Assembly: GCA_951406725.2 (NCBI GenBank)
Contig: OX597822.1
Coordinates: forward strand, 15,872,001 to 15,936,000
Origin: Octopus vulgaris
Taxonomy: Eukaryota
Direction of reading: 5' to 3'
Length of the DNA: 64,000 bases
The notes beneath the pieces are model-generated. The model made no database searches, had not been told where the DNA came from, and saw only the letters and a program-made list of their open reading frames with translations. Below are positions 1-11,499 of this stretch, piece after piece (position 1 is the stretch's first letter; every line of letters starts with the position of its first letter). A program made the position numbers and the translations under genes.

Positions 1-1199
1 CTTCCATATTTTACAGACAAAATTATAACACCATCCAAAAATAATCTCTCTACAGTTACATAATTACAACATTTGTTTGCTTATAGTAACGAAGACTGCG
101 CAGATATATTTCTAAAACAAAAAGTAAGCACTTTATCGTGATTTAACTAAGAATTCCATCATAGCGTGGTCACATTCACGGAAAATTATAAATGTCTGAG
201 TTAATTGACCATATTTCAACAAAACGTCTTTCGAAGCTCATAACAAAAGCTATAGATACGATATATGGGCATATCGATCTCTAAATATATTGAAATAGGA
301 GAACCATCGCATAAATGAAAAACAGACGTACTTTTCTGACAATAAAAATGGTTGTCGAAATGCATAAGACGAGGTGCTAAATATAAAACAAGACATAGCA
401 TGCTTACATTTGGATTTACTTATGTATCTAATATGTTGTTAGTGAGGAAAATAAATTTTCGAATAGTTGTTAAATGTCTGTTAACAGATAGGAAATCCTT
501 GTTCGAAATAAATGGTTTGAAAGGGGAGCAGAACTGTACCCAATGCAATCATCCAAGGTGAATTTCTCTGTTTAACTTTCGCATTGCAAAATAAATAGAA
601 CTTCCCAACGTCACTGAAATAACGATTTACAGATAGATATAGATAAAGCACGCTTAATTATTTTCAGCTTAACAGTAACAGCAGCGATCAAAAAGGAAGT
701 ATTAGAAACATAACGGGATAATATTTATAAGATTCAGGAATAAAATAGCCAATCCATCGCTAATAGCAGATCTAGATGTGATACTCTAAAATAGTCAGCA
801 TCATTCACACACACAATAAAAATACATTTTCAAACAAATATCATAGCAAAATCTTTCTAATCACTTATTAAATGAAATCGAATGAAGAAAGATGGGACGA
901 TCTTGGAAGTGTTCAAATTAATGGAGTTTAACCCGATGAGAGTGAAATATAGTTATTGAAAGATAAAGGTTTTACTTGAACAACAATAACAATAAGAAAT
1001 AAGAAATCATTTAAGAAATATATGCTACATTTCGAAATGTTATCCATGAAATGAGCCTCTCTTTCTCAACGTAATTTTCACTGTAAGAATTATGTTTGAA
1101 GTCTAGCACATATTTAAACAATGATATCAACACTAAAGTGTCTCCCATTTCTCCCCGTGTCCTGGTGCAAGCAGTAATACTGTTAAACATCAACAAATG

Positions 1200-2477
1200 T
1201 TATTGATATCAATGTGTTCGTTTTTGTCAAAATCAAGTGTGGAGAACATCATCCATCGTGTGGTGTCCATTTTCATTGTTACATTTCTGAAGGTATTTTT
1301 GAAAGTTGTCCACCACTCTCTCCAACATTGGTCTGTCGATTTGGGCGACTTCCACGCCAACAGGTCCTTTCAAATCGTCCAATGTTCGGGACTTGTGCGC
1401 ATAAATACGTGCCTTGAGGTTTCCTCACAAGAAATAATCAGACATGGACAACTCAGGTGACCGAGCGTGGAGCAAGGAATTTCGGCAAACCTGGAAATGA
1501 GGCAATCATCGAAGAGAGGGCGAAGAACGTCCATTGATGCTTGGCTGTGTGAACCATCGCCCCATCCTGCTGAAACCGCATACGTCGAATAGGCATATGA
1601 ATTCGCCGTAATTCGAGTACGAAGAATTTTTTTATCATCTCGATGTAACGCTCAGAGTTCGTAGTAAGAGAATTTCCGTTATTGTCTCCAAAAAAAGTAA
1701 GGACCCTAACCCTAACCAAAAGTGACGGTCTCGTGTGCTTTTTGAACAGCACACGAGACCGTCACTTTTGGACTGTGAAGTGGACTTTCGTGCAGTTCTC
1801 TCGGATTTTCAAGAGCCCAGTAATGACAGCTCTGTTGATTCACCGTACCACTGAGATGAAAATGAGCTTTATCACTCATTAATAAAATGAGGTTGCCCTT
1901 TGCCTCAAAAATTGCTTCCATCTGACGTGCGAAGTTAAGCCATCCTGCATAGTCCCATGCTTTCAACTGTTACTCAATGATCAATTTGTATGGATGGAAA
2001 CTCGTCTTCATGCAAAATACGCCTTACGGATCGATTACCGAAACCAAGTTCAGTGGAATACCTCCGAGCAGAGCGATTCGGACCCGTATCAATACTTTTC
2101 TGACGTGTTCCACATTTTCCAGGGCCCTTACCGTTTGTGGTGCCCCCACCGGTCTACTATTCATTAGTGTACCTCGTGTATAAGGTGCATTCATCCAACA
2201 TAAGATCGTGTTACGGTGGGGAACTTCCTGATTTCAGTGAATATTTAAGTGGCACCGAAACTCCCGCTGGGCTGCTGTGACATACTTGTTATTCTTCATG
2301 TAACTGTCGTAGGCAAACAGACGATGCTCAATGGTCCAGAGCGCCATGGCTTCATCTGAAAAGAAAACAAATTGTTAAGATACCACGGACCGAATGGTCC
2401 CTGTCGAACATATCTCCCTCCCATTGAGGCTGAGTAATAGCCATTTCAAAAATATCTGTTCTCTCTGTCCCGCCCTG
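1200..2477 (-). mobile_element. Decayed Tc1/mariner-superfamily DNA transposon with frameshifted transposase (~1245-2347)
   Basis: Minus strand starts TA|CAGGGCGGG at 2477. ATG at 2347 gives MALWTIEHRLFAY..AQREF (HTH), followed by MSDKAHFHLSGTVNQQ, FQQDGA and RSPELSMSDYFL*GNLK, resembling the WPPRSPDL..DFFLWG.LK motif. Second TIR not recognised. Confidence 0.85.
1704..1771. repeat. Perfect 24-bp hairpin (1716-1739 / 1748-1771) plus two telomeric hexamers (CCCTAA)2 at 1704-1715
   Basis: ccctaaccctaa-ccaaaagtgacggtctcgtgtgct-ttttgaac-agcacacgagaccgtcacttttgg read directly. Confidence 0.95.
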
Positions 2478-2620
2478 TATATATGTATATATGGACTACG
2501 TTCATCGTAAAGGTAGGAGACTATATGACGTACTTATTTATGCCCTGCTTTTGTGTAAATACATTGACAAAACAAGAGTGCGCATAATCTTTGACTCTGC
2601 CTTATATATATATATATATA

Positions 2621-2673
<53 letters not shown>

Positions 2674-2689
2674 TACGTAATTGTTTTAT

Positions 2690-3426
2690 ATGTAGTCTTT
2701 TCGATGCACTTGGTCCAGCGGACCACAAGATTGCGTATGCTCTCCAAGAAGGTTTTCGACTGGACGTGCAACCATTTATGCACCGCTTCCTTCACATCTT
2801 CTCACTGTTGATTGTACACCCTTTTTCTACGTAGTCTTCCATTATAGGATCGTTTGAGTCCCCAAAAAGGATGAGCATCAAGTTTCCCGCGAGAGACTGA
2901 GTTTTGAATTGTTTCGTTCTGGCGAACAAGGATATTTCCATTCCATACTCTGTCTTTTGGATTCTACCTCATAATGACGTTTCATCTCCTGTGACCATTC
3001 TGCTCAAAAGATCCTCGCTCTCATTGTTGTAGTGATCGAATAAAATTTGGCAGACCTCAGGATGTATGTGCTTGTATTCTACAGTAATCTCTTTTGGTAC
3101 CCATCTTGCACAGACTTTATGGAAGCTGAGCTCATCATGGATGATTTGGTAGGCAGACCCATGACTAATCTGCAGAGAACAAGCTACCAAATCGATGAAA
3201 ATTCATCAGTTCACCATTACCATCTCTCAAGCTTGCTGAACATTCTCGTCAGTGATGGAGGTTGATGGTCGTCCTGATCCCTCTTGGTGAATAAGGCTTG
3301 TCAGGCCACTTTTAAACCTCTTAATCCACTCATACACACTTCTACGCGGTAGTGCACCGCCTCCGATGAATTTCAGCACCTTCCGACCAGAGAAATCGGA
3401 TCACTGCTCTTTGTTCCTCTTTGGTA
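2690..3426 (-). mobile_element. Mariner transposase fragment, internally deleted
   Basis: TKEEQRAVIRFLWSEG..AEIHRR, GRPS, KVCARWVPK and MVTGDET motifs on the minus strand; no TIRs seen. Confidence 0.85.
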
Positions 3427-3691
3427 TATATTTATGGAGATGATTTACGGGTATTTTATATTAGAAGAAATGAGGTACTCAGAAATTCGGATGGTTTTAT
3501 ATTTACAGATATTTATCATATAACTTAGATCATGTATTAGCGCTTTCTCCCATTCTAGTGGGGTTTTCGAATCAAACTAAGTTCCTGTGTGAAAAGGTTT
3601 GACCATTTTATAGTGGTATTGACTTTGTAGTGGTGGGGAGGAATATAAGACAGTACAAAAGGGTGATGGATGAGGAGAAAGTGAGAGAAAT

Positions 3692-3771
3692 TATGTGGTG
3701 GCGGGGAGGTAGACCACAAATTATGGTAAAAAGGAAATATAATTTGTGGTCTACCTCCCCGCCACCACATA
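3692..3771. repeat. Perfect 33-bp inverted repeat with 14-nt loop inside the palindrome spacer
   Basis: tatgtggtggcggggaggtagaccacaaattat ... ataatttgtggtctacctccccgccaccacata. Confidence 0.95.
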
Positions 3772-4065
3772 CTCAATAACACTATGAAATGGTCAAAACT
3801 GATCTTAGACCCCTCCTGGAGTAAACATGCTGTCTAGGAGAGCAAAAATATTTTTTTCAAATGTCTTCTTCCTCCCTCTCCCTTCCCCTTTTTTCTTTAG
3901 CACTCATTCCAAATACAAAAACACACACACACACACGCTCTCTCTCTCTCTCTCTCACTTTCTCCTCATCCATCACCCTCTTGTACTGTCTTATATTCAT
4001 CCCCACCACTACTAACTCAATACCACTATAAAATGGTCAAACCTTTTTACACAGGAACTTAGTTT

Positions 4066-4104
4066 GATTTGAAAACCCCACTAGAATGGGAGAAAGCGCT
4101 AATA
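4066..4104 (+). ncRNA. Variant minimal hammerhead-like motif (U3-A8 core); mirror copy at 3535-3573 (-)
   Basis: GAT TTGAAAA C CCCA-CTAGAA-TGGG A GAAA GCGC TA ATA; palindromic AGCGCT stem III. Confidence 0.5.
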
Positions 4105-4479
4105 CATGATCTACGTTATCTCTCTATATATGAAACTGAGAATGTGTGTCTGGCTGTCTGTCCCTAAAACTTGAGAACTACACAACCAATTTCATTCAAA
4201 TTTTACACATGCCTTACATAGGTTTCATGTAGTGTCTTGGGCCAAAAAATGTTTAACTTCTTTCCTAGAGCGAGCCCACAACAATATCATATCTTCTCCA
4301 CTATTTCGGTATTACGTGTTAAAAGTGAAACAAAAACATCTCTCTATTGTATGTATATGGATGTATATATATATTACAAAATATAAAGTTATATCTTGAG
4401 ATCGTTAGTGATAACAACGCTCAAAATATTTAACAGACTGGAATAGTAGTGCTCAAATGAGCTGTATACACATTTTAAT

Positions 4480-5170
4480 CCGAGGGAAGGCAATGCGAGC
4501 AGCAACTACAAGAGCACTGCAAAATCCACAGAAAGATCAAACACATACATATATTTATATATTCATTTATATCTACAGAACAGACATAAAGCCCGACGTT
4601 TAGAAATATATAGTAAAATATAAATATATAAACATCATATAAAGATATATTGTACGCATAAGATCCACTCGACGTTCCATAAAAAATTTAGAAATAAAAA
4701 TTGCAATAAAAGTTAGAGGTAATAATAACAATTGAATTAAATATGGTAAATATAGTAAGTAGTAATTAAATATATTTTATTTTATTAAAATGGTAATTAA
4801 ATCGTAATTAAAAGAAAAAATAGCAATTAGTATAAAATGTATCAAGGACTTGAACTCGAATATGTGGCTTTGCATGAATGAGAGAAATTAAAAGATTAAA
4901 AATTAAATTAAGTGCAGAAGTGAATTAGTCTGTGTGCATACCATTTACTATGGCTGCTAGATTGAATTATATGCTTATAAAGTAGCATTCAGTATCTAAG
5001 AGAATTTTGGGGAGTACGTAATGTCTGGTCTTTCGCATGTAGCAGGTATGTAATTGTGCATTTGTTTCCGTGTACTATGTGTTATGTGTTATTGTGCTTC
5101 TTATTTGAACCTGTGAGTTGCTGTTTAATTTTTGATTGTTAATTTTTATCGTTAAACGTTATTGTTACAC
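4480..5170 (+). mobile_element. Possible highly decayed PLE 3' coding end (region after the GIY-YIG domain), continuing at ~6727-6940
   Basis: ~4862-4940 translates WLCMNER...RSELVCVH, resembling the CxLCxxEK...RSELxSKCRH PLE C-terminus; a hammerhead lies downstream at 6748. Confidence 0.35.
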
Positions 5171-5243
5171 GGTTTTTTGGTTTTTTGTCTGTCTGTGTTG
5201 AGAAAGACAAGGAAGAAGTGGGCTGCCCCTCCCTAAGGGAGAG

Positions 5244-6564
5244 ATGGCCGGACGAAGTATGTTCGAATGTGTGCTGGATTTATCGACTTGTGAAGAAGAA
5301 CTTGAAAAGGCGATAAAGAAAATGGACAAGCAATTAGGCAACACATACGCAGGAGCGACAAGAACGGAGGAAAGAGAAATAGACTTGATCAAGTTGCCAA
5401 GCTACCAGGCATTTATTAAAAAGGTCGGCGGTGAAGTGGAGTTGTCACCGCCAGCAAAACAAAGAGAGTTGCATGAACGAAGGACCATTACGTACCGGAT
5501 TTATGCCAATGAAAAAAGAAAATAGAAGTCGTCAGTATGGAGACAATAGTAGAAGCATTAATAAGAACGGAAGAAGACATAATATTCTCGGCAAGAGGCA
5601 TAAATTTCGGTACCGTTGTGGTCCAATTCAAGAATGAAAGTGTGGCGAGTAAAATGGCAGCGAGAACGGTGAAGACAGAAAAGGTGTTCCTTCTTCCCAC
5701 ATATCTGGGTAGAAAAACTACTCGGATCAGGGTGGAGAGGATACTTCCTAATGTTGTCGGAGAGTGGATAGTGGCAGCCGTAATCAGTGGATGTGAGGAA
5801 GAAGTTGACATCCTCCATGCTACATTGAAAGATGAAGGCTGGAAGGGTGCAGTTTTGGAACTAAATGTGCAAGCAGAGGCTGAAATTTGGAACAATTGAC
5901 TGAGAATATCAGAATGGAATGTGTTATAATGAGAGTGTGGGTGGAGGGCAGAGCTCCACGCTGCTACAAGTGTGGCCTGAAAGGTCGCATAAGAGCTAAC
6001 TGTCCTCCCCCATCAAAGGAAATTGATGCGGAACCTCAATGAGAGGTAGTGGCCAACGAGGAAGAGTAGAAATCAACGGAGAAAGACGCAACGGAAGAGG
6101 AGGTGGTACAAAAAGAATGGGAAGAAGGCAGAAGAAGGAGGAAGAGAAGAAGAAAAAAAATAAATAGTGCTGAACCCCAATCCACCCCAACACCACCCGC
6201 ACCCTCTGACACCCACCCTTTCCCTGCAGACAGTGAACCCACCCGCTCCCCACCAACAAGAAAACAAAAAAATGAAGAAGCAAACAGACAAGATACCGCA
6301 AAAAGACCTGGGCCCAATTTTCTAGGTATTTCGACGAAAAAAGACGTAAAAGAAATATTGAAAGACTATCACTGGTGTGACAAGGACAGTGATAGGTACG
6401 CTGTAATCTCGGAAGAACGTATAGAAGAAATCGTGGAAAAATGTAAAAAGAAAAACTATAAATTGTTTAGATTTGAAATAGATGACGAGATAATTACGGA
6501 AATGGAAAAGAGATTTGCGATGAAAATAGAGCACAATGTGAATTACATTGAGGATAAAGCATGA
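5244..6564 (+). pseudogene. Frameshifted gag-like ORF1 of a non-LTR (Tx1/L1-like) element with zinc knuckle and no ORF2
   Basis: Consecutive ORFs 5244-5525, 5537-5899 and 6103-6564. VEGRAPRCYKCGLKGRIRANC (CCHC with H>R) at ~5941-6003, followed by basic and Pro-rich segments. 3' tail at 6681-6726. Confidence 0.75.
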
Positions 6565-6747
6565 AGGACAGGTAAGTGATGCTAGCAGATGGGGCCGTTA
6601 GCATCACTTTCATTTTTCATTTATCATTTTCATATTTTATTTTCCATACTTATGTAATTGTGATGTTTTATATCCCCAATGTTTGTAGTGTCCCCTCTGT
6701 GTAGCCCTTTATGGGTAATAAAGAAACGATATGTTTTGTGTAAAAAA

Positions 6748-6812
6748 CATCCTGACGAGGGGTGTGATATGTTTCATATTAATTGGTGCATCTCCGAAAC
6801 GGGCGGTAGATG
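6748..6812 (+). ncRNA. Type-I hammerhead ribozyme motif, canonical core
   Basis: CATC-CTGACGA-GGGGTG...CATCTCC-GAAA-C-GGGCG-GTA-GATG. Stem I CATC/GATG; predicted cleavage after A6808. Confidence 0.8.
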
Positions 6813-8399
6813 AACTTTTATGTATTTTTGTAAATTTGTATATTTATCTTCTATGTATTTTTCTCTGGAATTTTAATTCGTCTTTTTAATATGTCATTGT
6901 ATGTTTTATTATCCCAAATTTTTAATTTAACAAATTTATACCAAACTAGCACTATAACCCGGCAACGCTGGGTCATAATGCTAGTATGATGTATAAAAAC
7001 ATGTAATATACAAATAAATATCTGTATATATAAAACCATCCGAATTTCTGAGTACCTCATTTCTTCTAATATATATATATACATACAGGATGGCCCAAAA
7101 GCAGGTTTACAGTTATTCAGGACGAATGCTGCAGTGTTTTCTATTCGAAACTGTAATATTCCAGCTGAGTCGCAGTTGGAATGTTTTTTTTACATTTTTC
7201 TTTTTCCTTTTCTTTTCGCCATGGGACGGGTTACAGCTAATATCATCGTAACTGATTATTAAACGCACGCTGCAAATTATTTTGGTGGAACAAAGTTTGA
7301 CCAGTAATTTAGTTTGCTATTTTACATTTCTGAAGTTCTCAGCGAATTGCAGGAAGAAATTGTATGTTGTATAGGTGAATAATCCTATTTAGATGTTATT
7401 AGATATGTAATATATAGTTTTTAATTCGGAATTCATTACTCAATATGCTTTGAATTCCTATTTCTTGCATTAAGTATAGACGAAATTATTCCGAAGAACA
7501 TTAGCTACAAACCTGTAATTTTATTGAATTACTTCGAGGCAGACATAAAGAATCATTCCCAAAATCTAGGATCTAAAGAATGTTAATGAATATCAAACTC
7601 ATGCATCCTTCATTACCGTCAAAACTCCTTACGGCATTTTTTAACGTTTTTCGTTTTCCATGTTTCTATCTCAATGTTGTACGCTGTTTATGTGATTGTA
7701 TCTAAATATTTAGCTGACATATGCTAATTGCAATAGAACTATAGAATATAATAATGCTTCCTTTGGGCTCTTGCTCCACTGGATTCTTTAGTTAATACAA
7801 CAAAAGTATAAATAATGATGATAATAATAATAATAACAGTAGTAGTAGTAGTAGTAGTAGTAGCAGTTGTCTTGGTCTTCATCTCTTGAGGCCGAAAGTC
7901 ATTTGCAGTTTACAGTAGTAAATTGGAAAAGTCAGTATTTTGTAGCGGGAGATTATATGGAAGCTTGCACGATTTAGAAGCATTTGTTAATGGTCAGCTG
8001 CTGGGAATGTTCATTTTTATTGTAGTTCAAGATAACCGGAGTTCGTTTTCTTGCGTAACACGTTATTAGATAAATTATAGAGTTTGATTCCATCTATTGT
8101 TAAATAATTTCTCGCAAATCGATAATATTTGTATGCACTGTTGAAAGCATGTCTTTATTTCCATTTAGAAAACCTATACTTTATTGATTTAGATTTAAAA
8201 GCTTTTAGTAAGCTCATTCGGGATCTGCTAATATGATAAACATTAGGTTCTCCAGTGATTGACTTCGGCTTTAGCATTGAGTGCATAATGGTAATACGCA
8301 TTTAGCTGTCAAAAGAATTCGCTCGAACCTCATTAGACACATTAGGAAACTTAAGCGGAATATTATAATGAAGCTGGTCCAATGTCCGACTAAAAGTGT

Positions 8400-8880
8400 G
8401 TGATTCACACGTTCAGATCCGACTTCCAGAAATTGGTATTGATATTTTCATCCGTATTCCAGGAGCAGGTATATCTGAACAGAACTGTTGTTCCCTGAAT
8501 GTGTTCTTGTGCGAAAGACAGCCAACGAACGACCCTATACGATGTTTGCACGAAAAGGTTGAAATAGTATACACATTTCACTTGACAAGCAATGCCTCAG
8601 GCAAAAAGTAAGACGTGGCCACGATTGGATTTGATTCAACTAAAGACCTCATTCAAATCTAATGAACAATAACTAAGCCTTCAGGAAAAATGCTCAATGC
8701 ATGTGGATAGCGAAAAAAATCACTGAGCAAAATGTAGCGTTTAGCTTGACATTCTGCCTGAAAGCCTCCAAACAGCTGAGAGAGTGAGCGTAGCGTTTTG
8801 ACATCATAAATCCTCACACAATGCTGGATCGTTTACACTAAAGCAAATGGTGACGTAGTTAATAGAGAAGTACTTAAGTG
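8400..8880 (-). mobile_element. Possible very decayed mariner C-terminal fragment
   Basis: Weak resemblance to LLLHDNA (LLFA*GIA) and KNxLRGxxFxSD (KNTFREQQFCSD). Confidence 0.3.
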
Positions 8881-10561
8881 ACGGTAGAAGGACCACATCT
8901 AGTTCCAAGTCTACCATTTCAGAGTGAGTTGAAAAATATAATGCATAATAAAATTTAGGATTTATTATGATAGAAAAGCATAGAGAATGGTCGTGGTTAA
9001 CATGTCTATCAAACGGAATAGTTTAGTCACAGAATAGCCTCAGTGAGGTAACGAAGATTTGTAGCTAAATATTTATATGTTACAACGAAAGTCTCTTTCC
9101 TAAAGGAAAGAAACAATAGCCAAAGATAAGAATACTACAGGCATGTAGCCATACAATTATAACATAATGTAAAAATCCACATATGCAAACCCGGAAACAC
9201 AGCGAAAAAGAAAGCCAAGAATGAATTTAGAACATATAAAAAGAAAGTTAGAAGTGTTCAACTGATTTGTTAGAAATATAGCTAAACCTTTCTCAAATTA
9301 CAGCTTATCGAATGAAAAAGGATGCATCGAATATTGCAATCCTAGGGACAGTGTATTAAATGATAAAATAGTTGGTCACGGCTGGCATATCTTTGGCCCT
9401 AGGCCCAGTAGGTTACATCGGTAAGGCAGCAAGGAGCTAAGCAGCAGGAAAGATCTCGCCAAAAATACCATATGAATGATGGATTGAATTTACGGACACT
9501 AAAACTGTTAAAAAAAACGGTATTCATATTATTAATATATATGAAATATTTAACATACTCTACAAAGGCAGGCTAAATTCCAACATCTGTTAAGGATGGA
9601 TTAAGTGACCAACGCCATTCCATAATACGCATGGCGCTGCCCATCCAATAATACTTATTTGAAAGGGCTCTAAAGAACAATATTACAAATGATCTACAGC
9701 TTATATTTCCTAAAGCAATCGTTCAGAAAGCGTTTATTGAACACAGCTTATCACATTAGACAGGCATAAGAGGTGCCACAAAAAACTGACGCAGACCTAT
9801 AATAAACACCTTTCACTTTCTCTCCCAAACAGCATCATACAAAAATCACTGAGATACTTCATTAGACTAACTAGAAAAATTACTCTCCCGGTAGATTTAA
9901 TAAGAACCAGAACAGATTCCAATTGCCATGGATAAAAGAACAGCGGTGGAAACACACCTTAGTATAACGTTCAGAACATTATCCAATAAATAGGTGCAAC
10001 AAATGTATTGAGAATGTTAGAAGAGAACGGCAAAACAAACGAATTACAATTTTGCACACTGTTCAGTCGTATACTTCACAAATTGTCACATATTACAGTT
10101 TGCTCTACCAGGTTTCACTGAAACTGAAACGAACAGTATCCAGATAACCCCCACCCAACAGATCACCCCCACCCAACAACACACAATCACCAACTCAGAA
10201 ACATCTGTCATCTCGTAACCACCGAGTCATCCATCAAACTGCATCAACAAGTCTGATACGAAATAACACCGAGAAAGTGTAAGCCAGGACGATGGCGTTA
10301 ATCATAAATTCAATTCTCTCTTCCAAGACAGATTACATCGTTCTTTTATAGCATAATTGACATTATGATATGCAAATCAGTTCTTATATAATATTATGGA
10401 CAACTACTGTATGCATCTCAATGAAGAAAGCATTTTTACATAATGTGAGCTAAGTTGGTCATTTCAATTTTAAATCTACGTTAGGTTTCCTTGAAACCAT
10501 TTCATTACTGGCAATAGGTACGTTACGTAAAATTTTAAAATAGCTAGTGTATATACATATA

Positions 10562-10852
10562 CATGATGGCTGCCCCCTCGTTATCGAGCATGGCCATTGC
10601 ACGAAGCTTAACTGTTACTGATGGTGTGATCGAATGTGACTTTTTAGCCCAGCTAAAGATCTACAATATTTTGTACAGAATTGGCAACTAAAACCTTTAC
10701 CGGTAATAGCTGGCTGTAGTTGTAACTGAGCTTCATGTACCTTTGCATGTCGTTTAAATCCTCCTGCCGAATTACACTCTCTTTCACATGCCCGACAGAT
10801 ATGATTAGTATGGTGTGTTACCCCACCACCACTGGCCAGGTTGTCACTCATT
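10562..10852 (-). mobile_element. 3' fragment of an RTE-clade LINE with two C2H2-type fingers
   Basis: CRACERECNSAGGFKRH and CQFCTKYCRSLAGLKSH, short 3' UTR ending GCAGCCATCATGTATG; the 5' junction lies in (TATG)n. Confidence 0.7.
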
Positions 10853-10892
10853 CATATACATACATACATACATACATACATACATACATACA

Positions 10893-10927
<35 letters not shown>

Positions 10928-10947
10928 GAATACATATACACGCACAC

Positions 10948-10997
<50 letters not shown>
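10853..10997. repeat. (TACA)n and (TA)n microsatellites
   Basis: Direct reading. Confidence 0.95.
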
Positions 10998-11000
<3 letters not shown>

Positions 11001-11154
11001 TATAAAGTACATATATAAATATTATATATACACTCCCTTCAGTTTGTACCTTGTAGTTTGCTTTATAAAACCTGCATATCAGATACAATTTTATACCGAA
11101 AATAGATCGCTTTACTGATGATAAATCTGAAAATCCGTAAAAAAAAACCATGAT

Positions 11155-11310
11155 ATGAACATGGAAAAATCCATCATTAATTTTGTCAAAGCCCGAGTCG
11201 CTTTTGATTCAAGGACTGACATCCCTTTTGGGCCAATGTACCCTCCATGTATTTCATTCAACGTCGTGTGCCAGTAGCGCAGGGCTTGGAATTTTCCAGT
11301 CTTAAACTGG
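11155..11310 (+). mobile_element. Small decayed LINE reverse transcriptase fragment
   Basis: INFVKARVAFDS resembles the F.DxxxAFDS RT motif. Confidence 0.35.
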
Positions 11311-11499
11311 GTTTAAACAAAATTATATGTATTTGTGTTCGTATTTGTCCCTCCACCAACTGCTTTACAAACGTAACTTAGTGGCTCGGGGAACATATAT
11401 AGAATAATAAGGTAGTCAGAATGTTGGAAGATTATATATATTTTTTATTTACCTTTTATTTACATATGGTTTAAAGTTAGATTCCTTGGCTTTTTTATA

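Larger units (their letters stand above)
4119..6984 (+). mobile_element. Non-autonomous Helitron carrying nested inserts
   Basis: 5' A|TC(TCTCTATATA), 3' hairpin ACCCGGCAACGCTGGGT then CTAG|T, no TSD. Removing it restores catgatctacgtta|tatgat, which matches the opposite palindrome arm. Confidence 0.85.
3432..7072. mobile_element. Tail-out palindromic PLE-terminal-repeat-like element (left arm ~3432-3690; right arm ~3950-4118 plus 6985-7072), split by a Helitron
   Basis: 3525-3690 is the reverse complement of 3950-4113, and 3460-3517 of 7015-7072. Homologous to the 27099-28120 palindrome. Confidence 0.8.

Noticed and set aside
7084-7125. TA|CAGG Tc1-like terminal repeat start
   Set aside because: No partner TIR or coding remnant found.
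9550-10330. Possible ancient LINE remnants (also 7865-8200)
   Set aside because: No diagnostic motif readable by eye; needs tBLASTx or HMM search.
10615-10851. Host C2H2 zinc-finger gene
   Set aside because: No TGEKP linkers; the motif and short tandem tail match an RTE ORF2 C-terminus.
11111-11142. Hammerhead candidate CTGATGA..GAAA..GTA
   Set aside because: No stem II or convincing stem I pairing.
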